IMG/VR virus record: IMGVR_UViG_3300049732_000296
Coordinates: 1 to 53,002 of that record
Reading direction: 5' to 3' (one strand)
Length of the DNA stretch: 53,002 bases
Source of the DNA: a virus
Lineage: Duplodnaviria; Caudoviricetes
Shown here in pieces: positions 22,910 to 33,150 of this stretch. Below the pieces are notes generated by a model. The model ran no database searches and was not told where the DNA came from. It saw nothing but the letters and a program-made list of their open reading frames with translations. Positions within the stretch are counted from its first letter, which is position 1. Each line of letters opens with the position of its first letter. Made by a program: the position numbers and the translations under genes.

Positions 22910-25399
22910 TCAAGGAATCGCGCGCTGCAGACCTCGGAAGTCCACGCACTCGGCGTCCCAGATGTGCCGCACCTTGAGCGTGATCTTCTCGTTCGTGAAG
23001 AAGGAGCCCACGTTCTGCATGTCCTGCACGAACAGGCTCGGCGTCTGGTTGCCGTTGAGGAAGCCGACCGAGACCGTCTCGGCCTCGTCCGGGGACGCGG
23101 CCATGATGTAGGTGTCCGCGTCGACGTCGTCGAAGTACAGCACCTCGTGGAGCTGCAGGCCGTAATCGCCCCGGACGATGTTCGGGACGTTCTGGTTGTC
23201 GAAGGTCAGCGACTTCGCCGTCCCGGCCGCCTGGTTGGAATCCGTGCCGACCAGCACCGGCTTGCGGTCCGACATGATCAGCTCGTAGGCGGCGTCGTAG
23301 ATCGTCGAACCCACGAACACGTTGCGCGGCACGACGCGTCCCGCCTCGCGATCGTCGATGTCCTTCTGCTGGACCATCTCCCGACGCATGGTCTTCAGGT
23401 TGTTCAGCGAGAGGGCCGTGGTCACCAGATTGTTGTGGGTCGCGTGGAAGATCGCGGTCGCGTCGACCTGATAGTTGCCGTTGTTGAGGAGGACGTCCCA
23501 CACGTCCTCGTTCAGGGTGCGCGCCGCCGCCCGGGCGAGCTTGCCGGGGATGCGCTGGAAGGCCCGGGTGTCGTCGTTGACGATCATCTCCCAGGTGTAG
23601 ATGTAGAGCCCGCCGCGCTTGACGATCTTGAGCGTGATCTCTTCCTCGGTCGGCTCGTTGGCGCCGCCGATGTCGAGGTACGCCCCGCCTTCCGCGACGT
23701 TCGCGAAGTTCCCGAACTCGCCGAGCTTCAGGATTCGCCAGTTCTTGAAGTCCGTGACGTTCTCCGGGCTCGCGATCAGCCGCCACGTCATGGGCTGCTC
23801 GGCGTACTCCCGGGCCAGCCGCTTGTGCTGGTACTCGGAGAGGATCGCCACGAAGTCCGTGGTGTTCTGTTCCTCGGTGACCCCCGCGGCCCTGTTCCTG
23901 AGCATCCACCGCACCTGGGGGTGGTGACAGACGTCCAGCAGGTCGAGCGACTCGAGGGCGCCGGGGAGCCGTTCGCGCCTGGGCCGGATGTAGAACTCCA
24001 GGCCCTCGCACTGATGGTCGCCCGTGAGGACGCTGTACGCGTGCCGGATGCCGCGGAACGCGTCGACGTGGGCGACGACCTTGCCATCCTTGTCGAGGAT
24101 CGCGCCGCGCGGCTTCCCCTCGAGAAGCGCTTCGAGGGCCGCGAGCGCGTGGTGCCCCTTCGTGTACTGGGGCGAGGTGAGCCGGAGGGCCGCCTCGCGG
24201 CCGCTCTCGAGCAGCCCGCCGCCGGCGCCGGCGCTCTGGCCTTCGCCGAGCCCCTTCTTCAGGTCCGCGACGAATGCCGAGGCCTCCTCTTCCGTGATGT
24301 GCCCCATGGCCTCGAGGCGCGCGGTCAGCTTCCCGCGCAGGAACTCCTGTAGGCCCTTGGGCAGCGTCGCGGCCGCGGTCTTGAGGACCGACTCGATCAG
24401 CGACTTGCCGTTGGCCTTCAGGATCTTCTTCACGGACTCGTCGAGTCCGTCGATGCGCTTGGCGAGGCCCTCGGTGGCCGCGCTCCCGGCGCCTCCACCG
24501 CTGCCCGCGCTCGCACCCGCCCCGGCGTCGCCACCGCCGCCGTTGCCCGAGCCCGCGCCGGAACCCTGCCCCGCGCCCTGACCCTGACCGGGGTCACCCG
24601 CCGGCGCCGGGTCGCTCTCGGGCGCCGTCCTGTACAGCGCCTCGAGCACCGCCCCTCTCGTGGCGGCCTCTGCCTTGACCGACAGCGCCTCGAAGAGCTG
24701 CGTCACCCACTCGCCGTGCCCTTCCACGAGCGCGGCGATCGTGAGGTCTTCGCCCTTCGGGGCCTTCCCTTCGAGCGCCGTGCGCTTGGCCTTGTCGCGC
24801 ACGAGCCGGAGGAGCCTCGATACGAGTCCCTTCATCGTTGCCTCCTTGAGCGCTTCCAGTACCGACTCGAAGGCACCTCCGGCGCTCGGAAATGACACCA
24901 CGTCCCAACCGACGATCCGCGTGACTTCCTGCACGTCCACGCCGCCGCCCTTGATCTGCACGGACTTGATGCCGTCAGCGGGGACGTGAATGCTCAGGCC
25001 GACGCGACGAGCCACGGCTCGCGCGCGCTCGAGGAGACCGCGGAACCAGCCTGCGTTGGTCCCGGGCATGATCTTCGCCCTGACGAATGCACCCTCGGCA
25101 TCGGTGTCGACCCAGGCCTCGGCGATCCTTCCGATCTCCGCCTCGGCGATCCGCTCCGGGAGGAACCGATTGAGTCCCGGGAATCGGCGCAGCAGCGAGG
25201 CCCAGTGGCCCGTGAAGCTGCCGTCGCCGGACTCGCTCATGTCGTAGAAGTGGATCGGCAATCCCTTCGCCAGCTTCGCGATCTGGTCGAGGATCGGGCG
25301 GCTCCAGCGGTTGCCGTTCTTCGACACGCCCTCACGAATCAGGATCGCTTGGAGCGACCCGTCTTCCTCGAGGAGGATGGATCCTTCGTCAGGGAACAC
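22910..25399 (-). CDS. fused prohead protease - scaffold - major capsid protein (Mu gpT-like)
   Basis: GVSKNG, GLSI, WDVVSFPSAGG protease motifs; Gly linker; DFK..., YTWEMIVNDD, IFHATHNNL, KVRHIW capsid motifs. Confidence 0.88.
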   Translation of the reverse strand: MFPDEGSILLEEDGSLQAILIREGVSKNGNRWSRPILDQIAKLAKGLPIHFYDMSESGDGSFTGHWASLLRRFPGLNRFLPERIAEAEIGRIAEAWVDTDAEGAFVRAKIMPGTNAGWFRGLLERARAVARRVGLSIHVPADGIKSVQIKGGGVDVQEVTRIVGWDVVSFPSAGGAFESVLEALKEATMKGLVSRLLRLVRDKAKRTALEGKAPKGEDLTIAALVEGHGEWVTQLFEALSVKAEAATRGAVLEALYRTAPESDPAPAGDPGQGQGAGQGSGAGSGNGGGGDAGAGASAGSGGGAGSAATEGLAKRIDGLDESVKKILKANGKSLIESVLKTAAATLPKGLQEFLRGKLTARLEAMGHITEEEASAFVADLKKGLGEGQSAGAGGGLLESGREAALRLTSPQYTKGHHALAALEALLEGKPRGAILDKDGKVVAHVDAFRGIRHAYSVLTGDHQCEGLEFYIRPRRERLPGALESLDLLDVCHHPQVRWMLRNRAAGVTEEQNTTDFVAILSEYQHKRLAREYAEQPMTWRLIASPENVTDFKNWRILKLGEFGNFANVAEGGAYLDIGGANEPTEEEITLKIVKRGGLYIYTWEMIVNDDTRAFQRIPGKLARAAARTLNEDVWDVLLNNGNYQVDATAIFHATHNNLVTTALSLNNLKTMRREMVQQKDIDDREAGRVVPRNVFVGSTIYDAAYELIMSDRKPVLVGTDSNQAAGTAKSLTFDNQNVPNIVRGDYGLQLHEVLYFDDVDADTYIMAASPDEAETVSVGFLNGNQTPSLFVQDMQNVGSFFTNEKITLKVRHIWDAECVDFRGLQRAIP

Positions 25400-25402
25400 C
25401 TG

Positions 25403-25882
25403 CTACTCCGTGCCTTCTCCCGCCTCGGCGGTCTTCTTCGAGCTGTCGAGAGGGAGATCGACCTGCGAACCGTCCTTGAACACGACGTGCAGGTAGGGCT
25501 CGATCGGCTTCATCGTGTCGTGGTCCACGGTGCGGCCGAGGTCGTCGCGCGTCTCGATCTTCGCCGTGAGGACGTGCTCCAGGCCTGCCTTGATCTCCTC
25601 GCGGCTCTGCACGCTCCTCCGGCGCGGGTTCTCTGGGTCTCGCCCGATGACGGTGTGCACGTACTTCCTGGTGATCGCGACGCCGAGGGTTCCGTGCCCG
25701 TCCTTGCCGCGCGGGCCGTTGCCCCGAACGCGGATCGGCTTCTGTCGTCCCGCGAGGAAGCGGGAGATCACGTCGCCGACGTGCTTGACGACTTTCTCAT
25801 CGGTGCACAGCACCTCGCTGATCCGGGTGTCGAGATCGACGCCGCGCCTGACCTCCACGTACTGTTTCTCGGTCACGAGCAT
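25403..25882 (-). CDS. hypothetical head-module protein
   Basis: 159 aa, GGAG RBS, in operon. Confidence 0.6.
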   Translation of the reverse strand: MLVTEKQYVEVRRGVDLDTRISEVLCTDEKVVKHVGDVISRFLAGRQKPIRVRGNGPRGKDGHGTLGVAITRKYVHTVIGRDPENPRRRSVQSREEIKAGLEHVLTAKIETRDDLGRTVDHDTMKPIEPYLHVVFKDGSQVDLPLDSSKKTAEAGEGTE

Positions 25883-25891
25883 CTCTGACTC

Positions 25892-26770
25892 CTATGCCGC
25901 CGCGCGCGCATCGCCGGCGGCGACTGTTTGATCCAGCGCCTTCGGGACCACGAAGCACCCGCAATTGACGGTCGCGGCCGCCGGCGCTTCCCCGTCGCGC
26001 GGGTACAACATCGAGACCGTTCCCCCGCTGGGGAGCGGGACCTTGAACCTGCCGTTGGCCGGCACGGTCTGTCCGTCGATCCTCGCGTGCTCGACGCGCG
26101 AGATCCCCGACCACATCCACGCCTTCCCGGTCGGCGTGATCTCGTTCAGGCGCTTGATCCCCGCGTCGCTCACGATGCTGTGGATCCGCAACGTCTCGGT
26201 CCGATAGATCCGCTCGGCCTGCCACAACCACGGGCGCTGCTTCCCCAGGGCCCGATGGATCGCGTCGATGGCGCTCATCCGCCCCTGGCCGCCAAGCGCC
26301 GCGAGACGGAGCTCGCGATTCACCTTGGAGAGCATCTGCGCGCCGAGGCCGCCCTGGCGCAGGCCGACGAGCTCGGCCGAGAACTGCGCCGCGGTGTTCA
26401 GGAGCGTGAGGTCGGCGCCGACGATCGGGATCCCCGCGCCCTCCGGCAGGAACGTGGCGACGTAGGCACGCATCGTCGCGTCGGCGACCGCGACCTCGCG
26501 ACGCATGCCGTCCGTGATCACCTGGAACATGCCCGCGCTGAGGTCGGCCACGCGCTCCTGCAGGGCCGCCAGAACCTGCGCGCCCGTCCGTTGCGTGAGC
26601 TCGAACTGCCCGGGAGCGACCACGGCCAGGTCCTGGAAGAACGTCGCGAGCAACCGGCGGATACGCACCAAGTCCGTCTGCTGGATTCGGAGAGACTCGC
26701 GCTCCAGGCGCCGGAGCTCGGCCGCGTACCGCCGCTGCTTCTGCCGCACGAGCTGGGCGCTACGCGGCAT
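25892..26770 (-). CDS. minor head / head morphogenesis protein (SPP1 gp7, Mu gpF-like)
   Basis: AERIYRTE, R.EH..IDGQ, YPRD......VNCGC motifs. Confidence 0.88.
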   Translation of the reverse strand: MPRSAQLVRQKQRRYAAELRRLERESLRIQQTDLVRIRRLLATFFQDLAVVAPGQFELTQRTGAQVLAALQERVADLSAGMFQVITDGMRREVAVADATMRAYVATFLPEGAGIPIVGADLTLLNTAAQFSAELVGLRQGGLGAQMLSKVNRELRLAALGGQGRMSAIDAIHRALGKQRPWLWQAERIYRTETLRIHSIVSDAGIKRLNEITPTGKAWMWSGISRVEHARIDGQTVPANGRFKVPLPSGGTVSMLYPRDGEAPAAATVNCGCFVVPKALDQTVAAGDARAAA

Positions 26771-28412
26771 CGCGCGCCCCCCTGATTCTCGGCTCGGGCT
26801 CGTCATCCGCGTCCTTGCCGAGCGCCGCGGCGCGCTGCCGCAGGAGCTCCAGCTGGTCCATGGCGTTGGTCTGCTCGGGGAGGCCCTCGACGTCGCTGTC
26901 GAGATCGAAGCCCGCCTCCCGGGCCGCCTGGATGATCATCGTGTTGGCGGCCTCGGGCTGCATCACGTTGTCCGTCACGGCCTGGGTGACCGCCAGGACG
27001 ACGTCCTTCAGCACCTCTGTGCCGCGCTTGCGGTCCTTGCCACCGACCTCCGAATGGTTCATCTCGTATCGGTCGGCGTAGTCCTCGGGGATGTTCTTGG
27101 TGGACGAGGCCCGCGTGCGCAACGCGATCTGGATGTCCACCATGCGCTTGAAGGCGTCGACGACGACGCGCTGCTTTCGGCGCATGCGCTTCATCGGGAC
27201 GATTTCCATCGCCTGGGCGGTCGCGAGGTTCGCCCGGCTCCCGGCGCCCCTCCAGTGTTCGGGGAAGGCCTTCGAGCCGTAGATGTTCAGCGCCAGCGTC
27301 TCCTCGAGGCGCGCGATGCTCTGATCGCCGTCGACCTTGGCGGACAGCAGCTGCAGCTCCACCTGCTCGTTGTGGATCTGGACCCGCGGCCGGTGCGGCA
27401 TGCTGAGGAGCTTCAGCTCGCGAAGCTTCTGGGTCTCCTGGCCGGGCTGTAGCCCGTTGTACTTCACGTCCAGAACCAGGGTCTTCAGCAGCTTGACGCG
27501 CTCGACCTCGCTCCACAGCAGCTGGTCGTGAATGTCGATGTAGTCCAGGATCTCCGTGAGCTCGGAGCGCCCGCGTGTCGCCCCCTCGGGCCGATTGATG
27601 AACCAGGCGAAGACGAGCCCTTCCACCTGGATCGAGGAACTCTGAACGATTCCGGCCGGGTCGGTGGACCGCTCCACGATCGTGTACTTCGCGTTCGGAT
27701 CCGACGCGGCCAGATTCGGAACGATCTCGATGTCTTCGTTGAGGCTGTCCAGGACGAAGAAGCGGAGGTTGTCGTGGCCACCGGGAGCGAGCTCGGTGAT
27801 CCGCGCGAAGACGTCGCGCCCCAGGCGGTCCTTGTCGACCCCGACGACCTGCTCAACGGGCATGTAGCCGATCTCGAGCTGCCCGGACTGGAGGCTCAGG
27901 TTCGCGCGCCCGAAGCGCTCGCCCTCGAGAATCAGGCTGCGAACCATCTGCTCGTGATCGCGCTTGAGGTTGTTGCGGGGATCCGCCCAGATCTCGTCCA
28001 GGAGCTTGGCCAGGTCCTTGTCGTCGTCGTCCTTGACCTTCGGCTCGAGCCCGTCGCCGACGATGAAGTCCACGTAGAGCTCGGCGATGTTGTGGGCCGA
28101 GCCGCGGAGCGCGTACGTCCGGTGGGCCATCTTGAGGACTTCGAGCCGCTTCGCCTCGTCGAAGTCGCGGCCGCCGGACCCGCCCATGAGGGTCCGGAAG
28201 AGCCTGGGGTCCTGCGTGCCGGTCAGCTCGCCGTCAGGATCTCGGCCGAGCGATAGCAGGCCCTCCTCCAGGGAATCGAGTCTGGTCGCCAGGTCGTTGA
28301 CCTGCGCCCGGTAGGTGTCGCGCTCGGTGCGAGCTTCGGTCAACTCGCGGTGGAGCCGCGCGGTACCGAGGCCAAGTCGATCGCGCAGGTTCAGCCGGTC
28401 GAACAGGCTCAC
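26760..28412 (-). CDS. portal protein
   Basis: 550 aa after terminase; RGRSEL, ANLATA motifs. Confidence 0.85.
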   Translation of the reverse strand: MSLFDRLNLRDRLGLGTARLHRELTEARTERDTYRAQVNDLATRLDSLEEGLLSLGRDPDGELTGTQDPRLFRTLMGGSGGRDFDEAKRLEVLKMAHRTYALRGSAHNIAELYVDFIVGDGLEPKVKDDDDKDLAKLLDEIWADPRNNLKRDHEQMVRSLILEGERFGRANLSLQSGQLEIGYMPVEQVVGVDKDRLGRDVFARITELAPGGHDNLRFFVLDSLNEDIEIVPNLAASDPNAKYTIVERSTDPAGIVQSSSIQVEGLVFAWFINRPEGATRGRSELTEILDYIDIHDQLLWSEVERVKLLKTLVLDVKYNGLQPGQETQKLRELKLLSMPHRPRVQIHNEQVELQLLSAKVDGDQSIARLEETLALNIYGSKAFPEHWRGAGSRANLATAQAMEIVPMKRMRRKQRVVVDAFKRMVDIQIALRTRASSTKNIPEDYADRYEMNHSEVGGKDRKRGTEVLKDVVLAVTQAVTDNVMQPEAANTMIIQAAREAGFDLDSDVEGLPEQTNAMDQLELLRQRAAALGKDADDEPEPRIRGARDAA

Positions 28413-29857
28413 GCGCGCCTCTTCCAGAGTCCGCCGCCCGCGTCCTCGTCGCTCGCTTCTTCGAGCATCCGATCGAGCGCATCCCTCTCGGCCGCGCTCA
28501 GTTGGCTGGTGTCGGGGTCCTTGCCCTGAAGGATCTTGGAGGCGAGCGACCTGATCCTCTGCCGGTCGACCTCCTCCTCGCGATCCTCATCGTCGTGCCC
28601 TGACTCGAACGGAGAGAGCGTCCCGCGTGTCATCGGAGCCTCCAGCGACGAGCCGCCGGCCCCGGGCCCGTAGAGCGTGAGCATGCGGACGACGTAGCGC
28701 AGCACGTCCGGGCCGTGGTCGTCGACCTTGAGCGGCTCGTCCTTCCCGCGCGCCTGCGCCTTGGCGTCCCAGATGTAGCCTTGGACCTCGTCGATCAGCC
28801 CGGTGCAGCTGCGGTGGATGAACAGCTGCCGTGCGCTCAGGAGATTCGCGACCCCGCGAATCCCGTCGATGACCTCGTTGTCGGCGCCGACCGCGTAGAC
28901 GCCGTCCCTTGTCAGCTGAACGATGAACGACGCGGCCGAGGGATCGACGTAGTGGCACACCGGCGCGATCGACTTGGCCTGGATCCACTTCCGGATCTCC
29001 GCGCTGTACTCCGCGTCGGAGAGCTGTCGACCCTGCCGCTGACTCTCCCAGCGCCACTCGGCGCACACGTAGTAACGCCCGGTCGCCTCGTGCAGGCCAA
29101 TCAGGAGGGCCACGAACGGGTTGACCGTGCCGTAGTCCACCCCGACCCAGTAGCGGTCGCAGCGCGGGACCTCGTCGACGACGTGGACCTTGTCGTCGAA
29201 CATGTCCCAGATCGAACCCTCGGCGACCACCCACAGGCCGTCGATGAACCGCTTCTTCCAGAGGCCCGTGTACTCCGTCGATAGCGAGGCGACGAAGGCC
29301 TCGTCGAGGTGCGGGTTGTCCCGCAGCGTGAAGTGGAACGCCTTCAGGTCCAGCTCAGCCTTGCGATCGAGCCAGTCGCGCTTCAACCAGTGCCGCGGCG
29401 TGTCGGGGTTCGTGGTGCCGAAGAACTTGGCGCCGGGGAGCGACATGCGCGACAGCGCCATCTTGAAGAACGACTCAGGCCATAGCGTCAGCTCGTCGCC
29501 GTAGACGCCGGCGGTCGTCAGTCCCCGGATCTTCTGCTCGGCACGCTCGTCCGCGGCGCCGACCAGGTAGATCTTCCGGCCCCAGAGGGTGGCCTCGCCC
29601 GTGCCCCAGGAGGGCTTCAGCTCGCCGGCGCCGAGGAGCGCCTGGATGGGGTCGATGATGTTCCGCCGCAGCGTCCGCTCGGTCTTCCCGACCATGAGCA
29701 GGTCGCCGTCGGGCCCGCGGTCGGCATAGTCGAGCCACCGCACGATCGACCCGATCGTCTTGCCCGAGCGCACACTGCCGTGCCAGATGTTGATCCGAGC
29801 ATCGCTCTCGACGATGCTCCGCGCCTGCCGCTCGGACGGCTCACTGATCTGAAGCAT
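28409..29857 (-). CDS. terL: terminase large subunit (PBSX-type)
   Basis: GSVRSGKT Walker A, YGDE Walker B, TTNP, GVDYG, DDHGPDVLRY. Confidence 0.95.
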   Translation of the reverse strand: MLQISEPSERQARSIVESDARINIWHGSVRSGKTIGSIVRWLDYADRGPDGDLLMVGKTERTLRRNIIDPIQALLGAGELKPSWGTGEATLWGRKIYLVGAADERAEQKIRGLTTAGVYGDELTLWPESFFKMALSRMSLPGAKFFGTTNPDTPRHWLKRDWLDRKAELDLKAFHFTLRDNPHLDEAFVASLSTEYTGLWKKRFIDGLWVVAEGSIWDMFDDKVHVVDEVPRCDRYWVGVDYGTVNPFVALLIGLHEATGRYYVCAEWRWESQRQGRQLSDAEYSAEIRKWIQAKSIAPVCHYVDPSAASFIVQLTRDGVYAVGADNEVIDGIRGVANLLSARQLFIHRSCTGLIDEVQGYIWDAKAQARGKDEPLKVDDHGPDVLRYVVRMLTLYGPGAGGSSLEAPMTRGTLSPFESGHDDEDREEEVDRQRIRSLASKILQGKDPDTSQLSAAERDALDRMLEEASDEDAGGGLWKRRA

Positions 29858-30449
29858 CGCCGACGATCTTGCGGACCCGGTCCATGAAGCCGCGCAATGC
29901 GCCGCGGCTGTCGTCACCGCCGGCGCCATGCTTGAGGGCCTCGCGGGAGAGCTCCAGGCGGCGGATGCGATCGATGAGATCAGCGACGATGTCAGAATAG
30001 AAACGCATGCGAACGCGAACAGTGCCGCCTTCCGTGTTCTTCGCCACGGAGATGGCCTCACCGCCGGCGGGGTTCTCCTGGTGCCGCTCGATCGCCCACG
30101 TGAGGTAGGCTCGAGCGACTTTGATCTCGTCGTCGAGGGATCCGATGACCGCCTGGGCGTCGTCGTAGGCGAGCCGCATCCCTTCACGGAGGTACTTCGA
30201 GTAGTACCCGGTGATCGGCGGTCGGCCTCCTCGAACGGGATCGCCTGGCTCTGCGCGCTCGTTCTTTCCGCCGTGCATCGTGCAGTGTCTGGTCCGTCCG
30301 TTCTTCGTGCGGACGCCCCAGTTGGCGCATGCCTTGCGTGTTCCGCCGCATGGCTGACCACCGACGAGCTCCTGACATGGTTCTCGCAGCAGCCGCGCGC
30401 CGCATCGGTCGCACCGCCTGGTCTTCGCGCCACACCGTTCATCCGGCAT
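29841..30449 (-). CDS. terS: terminase small subunit (HGGxSTG-like N-terminus)
   Basis: CGAKTR...CTMHGG; overlaps terL start. Confidence 0.75.
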   Translation of the reverse strand: MPDERCGAKTRRCDRCGARLLREPCQELVGGQPCGGTRKACANWGVRTKNGRTRHCTMHGGKNERAEPGDPVRGGRPPITGYYSKYLREGMRLAYDDAQAVIGSLDDEIKVARAYLTWAIERHQENPAGGEAISVAKNTEGGTVRVRMRFYSDIVADLIDRIRRLELSREALKHGAGGDDSRGALRGFMDRVRKIVGDASDQ

Positions 30450-30570
30450 GCCCTCGTCCTTGGCGAAGCCGGGGCGATGCCGTTGCTAATTCCTCGACAT
30501 TCGCCTTTTCATCTGCTCCTTTCTCGCGCGATCGGAGGCATGAATGGTGGCGACGAAAGGAGACGAGACC

Positions 30571-30813
30571 ATGACCCGAAACAGAACCAAGCAGGTCCCC
30601 GGCTACCGCGTGCAGCCCATGCTGCCGATCAGCATCAGCTGGTTCGGCGCGGTCTGCGAGGACGCTGTGTTCACGACCTACGACGGCCGAGTCGACGGCC
30701 ACCCGTGCGTCGAGGCGGTGATGCGGCTCGGGATCGACCAGAAGCGCCACACGCTGGTGCTGAGCTACGAGCAGGCGCTCGAAGCCGACATCGTCGAGCG
30801 CACGGAGCGGTGA
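30571..30813 (+). CDS. hypothetical protein
   Basis: AAAGGAG RBS before ATG 30571; opposite-strand cassette. Confidence 0.55.
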   Translation: MTRNRTKQVPGYRVQPMLPISISWFGAVCEDAVFTTYDGRVDGHPCVEAVMRLGIDQKRHTLVLSYEQALEADIVERTER

Positions 30814-30816
30814 CCG

Positions 30817-31344
30817 ATGGTCCCCGGCCTGCTCGATCCCGGATCCCGCATCCGTTGGCGCGACCCCGACACCGGCTTGTTTCGCTGGGGCCGGATCGTC
30901 GACGCGACCGCCACGACGATCGATGTCGACGTGGTGGAGAGCGGCCGTGAGCCGATCCGCATCCGCAAGAACCTGGTCCACGGGTTCGCGTACGGCTTCC
31001 CCGGCCCGTTCCGTCGCTACCAGATCCCGCCCGACAACGTCCGAAGCTTGAAACCGTTTGAACACGCCGTCCAGGACGGCGAGGAGGTTCCGATGGCCGA
31101 GAAGAAGAAGGCAGCCAAGAAGGCACGCGGTCCGAAGGCAGCGGCTCCCAAGGACACGGGGCCCAAGCCCAACCGCACGTTTGCCGTGCGCATCACGACC
31201 GAGGAGCTCGACGCGATCCACAAGGCCGCCGGCCCGCGCGGCGCCACGCGGTACGCGCGTCAGCTGCTCGCGGCGTTCGCGGCGGGCAGCGTTGACCAGT
31301 TCAAGGGCGTGCTCGAGGAAGCGGCAGCCAATCAGAAGGCGTAG
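30817..31344 (+). CDS. hypothetical; C-terminal ribbon-helix-helix-like part (probable separate start at 31093)
   Basis: GAGGAGG before MAEKKK; TFAVRITTEELDAIHKAAG. Confidence 0.5.
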   Translation: MVPGLLDPGSRIRWRDPDTGLFRWGRIVDATATTIDVDVVESGREPIRIRKNLVHGFAYGFPGPFRRYQIPPDNVRSLKPFEHAVQDGEEVPMAEKKKAAKKARGPKAAAPKDTGPKPNRTFAVRITTEELDAIHKAAGPRGATRYARQLLAAFAAGSVDQFKGVLEEAAANQKA

Positions 31345-31349
31345 CCGCG

Positions 31350-32777
31350 TCATCGCGCCGCTCCAACCGCCTCCGGGCGCTTCGCGCTCGGGGGCGTTCT
31401 TTTCTTCGCGTTCCCGCGCCAGCCATCGGCACGCTTCCCGGTGAAGTCCTGCCAGCGCTGGACAATGACGTCACAGTAGGCTGGGTCGAGCTCCATCAGG
31501 AACGCGCGGCGGTTCATGCGCTCGGCCGCGATCAGCGTCGATCCGCTCCCGCCGAACAGATCGAGCACGTTCTCGCCCTTGCGCGAGGAGTACTCCATCG
31601 CGAGCTCGGCGAGCCGGACCGGTTTCTCCGTGAGGTGCACCATCGACGCGGGGTTGACCTTCTTCACGTTCCACACGTCGGTGGCGTTGTGGAGGCCGGG
31701 CGCGAAGTAGTGCGCGGCGCCCGCGCGCCAGCCGTAGAAGCACCACTCGTGGTTGCCCATGAAGTCCTTGCGAGTGAGGACCGGGTGCTCCTTGACCCAG
31801 ATGATCGCCTGCGAGAAGTACAGCCCCGCGGCCTCCAGGGCCGCCGGGTAGTTCCGGATGTTCGAGTAGCCGCCCCAGATGTAGAACGCTCGTCCGGGAA
31901 GCAGAGCGCCGGCCAGGTATTGGAACCACGTCCCGAGCAGACGCGCGAATTCTTCGTCCGGCAGGAAGTCGTTCTCGAGCACGCGGTCGCGCGCGCGCAT
32001 CTTGCCGGTCGGCTTCGCCTTCTCCGGGTGTCGCGCAAGGTCGAGCTGCTGGTGGTGCGTCTTGGCGCGCTTTCGCTGCTGGGACGGGACGTTGCCCTTC
32101 GTGTTCTTGAGCCCACTCGCGATCGCGTTGTTCGACCGCGGTTCTACCCGGACGTTGTAGGGCGGATCGGTGTTTACCAGGTGGATCCGCGCGCCGTCCA
32201 AGAGCCTTGAGAGCGCCACCGGGTCCGCGCTGTCGCCGCACTTCAGGCGGTGGTTCCCGAGAACGATCAGGTCCCCGAGCTGCGTGTGGGGCTCATCGGG
32301 CGGCTCGGGGACCGCATCGGGGTCTGTGAGCCCGTCGCTGGCCATCTGAACCGACCGCAAGAACGCATCGACCTCGTCGGGCGTGAAGCCCGTCACCTCG
32401 AGGCCAATCCCGCCGCGCTCGAGCTCCGCGAGCAACGACGCTACTGCCGCGGTGTCGAACTCTCCGCCGATTCGATTGAGCGCGAGGTTGAGCTGCTTCT
32501 CCGCTGGCTCGTCCAGGTCGACGTAGACCACCGGCAAGCGCTCGATGCCCTCGGCTTGCGCCGCCTTGACCCGTTGGTGGCCACCAACGATGCGACCCGT
32601 GCGTCGGTTCACCACGACGGGGACCACGGTGCCGAACTGCCGGAGCGATCTGCGCAACGCCGCGAGATCGTGGTCCGAGATCAGGCGCGGGTTCCCCTGC
32701 CATCCCATAGTGGCGAGCTGGGCGGTAGGAAGGTCTACGAGCTCAATGCTCGCATGGGGGTTTGCGGACAACGGCAC
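31350..32777 (-). CDS. ParB-N domain fused to N6A/N4C DNA methyltransferase (beta class)
   Basis: NPR, GGHQR; DPPY; H.TEKP; LDLFGGSGST. Confidence 0.93.
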   Translation of the reverse strand: MPLSANPHASIELVDLPTAQLATMGWQGNPRLISDHDLAALRRSLRQFGTVVPVVVNRRTGRIVGGHQRVKAAQAEGIERLPVVYVDLDEPAEKQLNLALNRIGGEFDTAAVASLLAELERGGIGLEVTGFTPDEVDAFLRSVQMASDGLTDPDAVPEPPDEPHTQLGDLIVLGNHRLKCGDSADPVALSRLLDGARIHLVNTDPPYNVRVEPRSNNAIASGLKNTKGNVPSQQRKRAKTHHQQLDLARHPEKAKPTGKMRARDRVLENDFLPDEEFARLLGTWFQYLAGALLPGRAFYIWGGYSNIRNYPAALEAAGLYFSQAIIWVKEHPVLTRKDFMGNHEWCFYGWRAGAAHYFAPGLHNATDVWNVKKVNPASMVHLTEKPVRLAELAMEYSSRKGENVLDLFGGSGSTLIAAERMNRRAFLMELDPAYCDVIVQRWQDFTGKRADGWRGNAKKRTPPSAKRPEAVGAAR

Positions 32778-32792
32778 CTCTGTCCGGTGCGC

Positions 32793-32843
32793 GTTATCCG
32801 CGCGTGATGCCGTCGTGTCAAGAAAAGTGGTACGTGCGTACCA
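32793..32843 (-). promoter_or_regulatory. putative late promoter TTGACA-N17-GATAAC with upstream palindrome TGGTACG-TG-CGTACCA
   Basis: -35 at 32816-32821, -10 at 32793-32798, palindrome at 32828-32843. Confidence 0.5.
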
Positions 32844-32849
32844 TTTAAT

Positions 32850-33116
32850 TCACGAGGTCCCGCCGACCTTGAAGCAATCGAACCCGTGATTCAGCACCAG
32901 CAGACACCGCCACTGCCGTTCAGCCCCCTTCATCGCGTCCTTCCGCTGTTCGTCGGTCTCGTATTGGTGGCGCTCGAGGATCGCCGAACACGAGGCGCAT
33001 ACGGGTCTGGAGTCGCATGCCACATCGAGCGAAGGCCGGCCCGAACCTCGTAAGCGTGGCCATCTGTCCCTGGTCCCGAGGCGGCTGCAGATCGCGCAGC
33101 GGTCAGTCCTGGACAT
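32850..33116 (-). CDS. small Cys-rich (CxxC...CxxC) protein
   Basis: CAIC, CASC; operon orientation. Confidence 0.45.
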   Translation of the reverse strand: MSRTDRCAICSRLGTRDRWPRLRGSGRPSLDVACDSRPVCASCSAILERHQYETDEQRKDAMKGAERQWRCLLVLNHGFDCFKVGGTS

Positions 33117-33150
33117 CGTGACCGCCTGGAACCCGACCGCCGGTCCGCAC

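Noticed and set aside
29858-30442. N-terminal extensions in the ORF track for terL, and similarly helicase, SbcC, SbcD and tail genes
   Set aside because: They overlap genuine upstream genes in other frames; coupled internal starts fit better
31350-32777. Restriction-modification system
   Set aside because: No cognate endonuclease adjacent; VRR-NUC lies in the replication module
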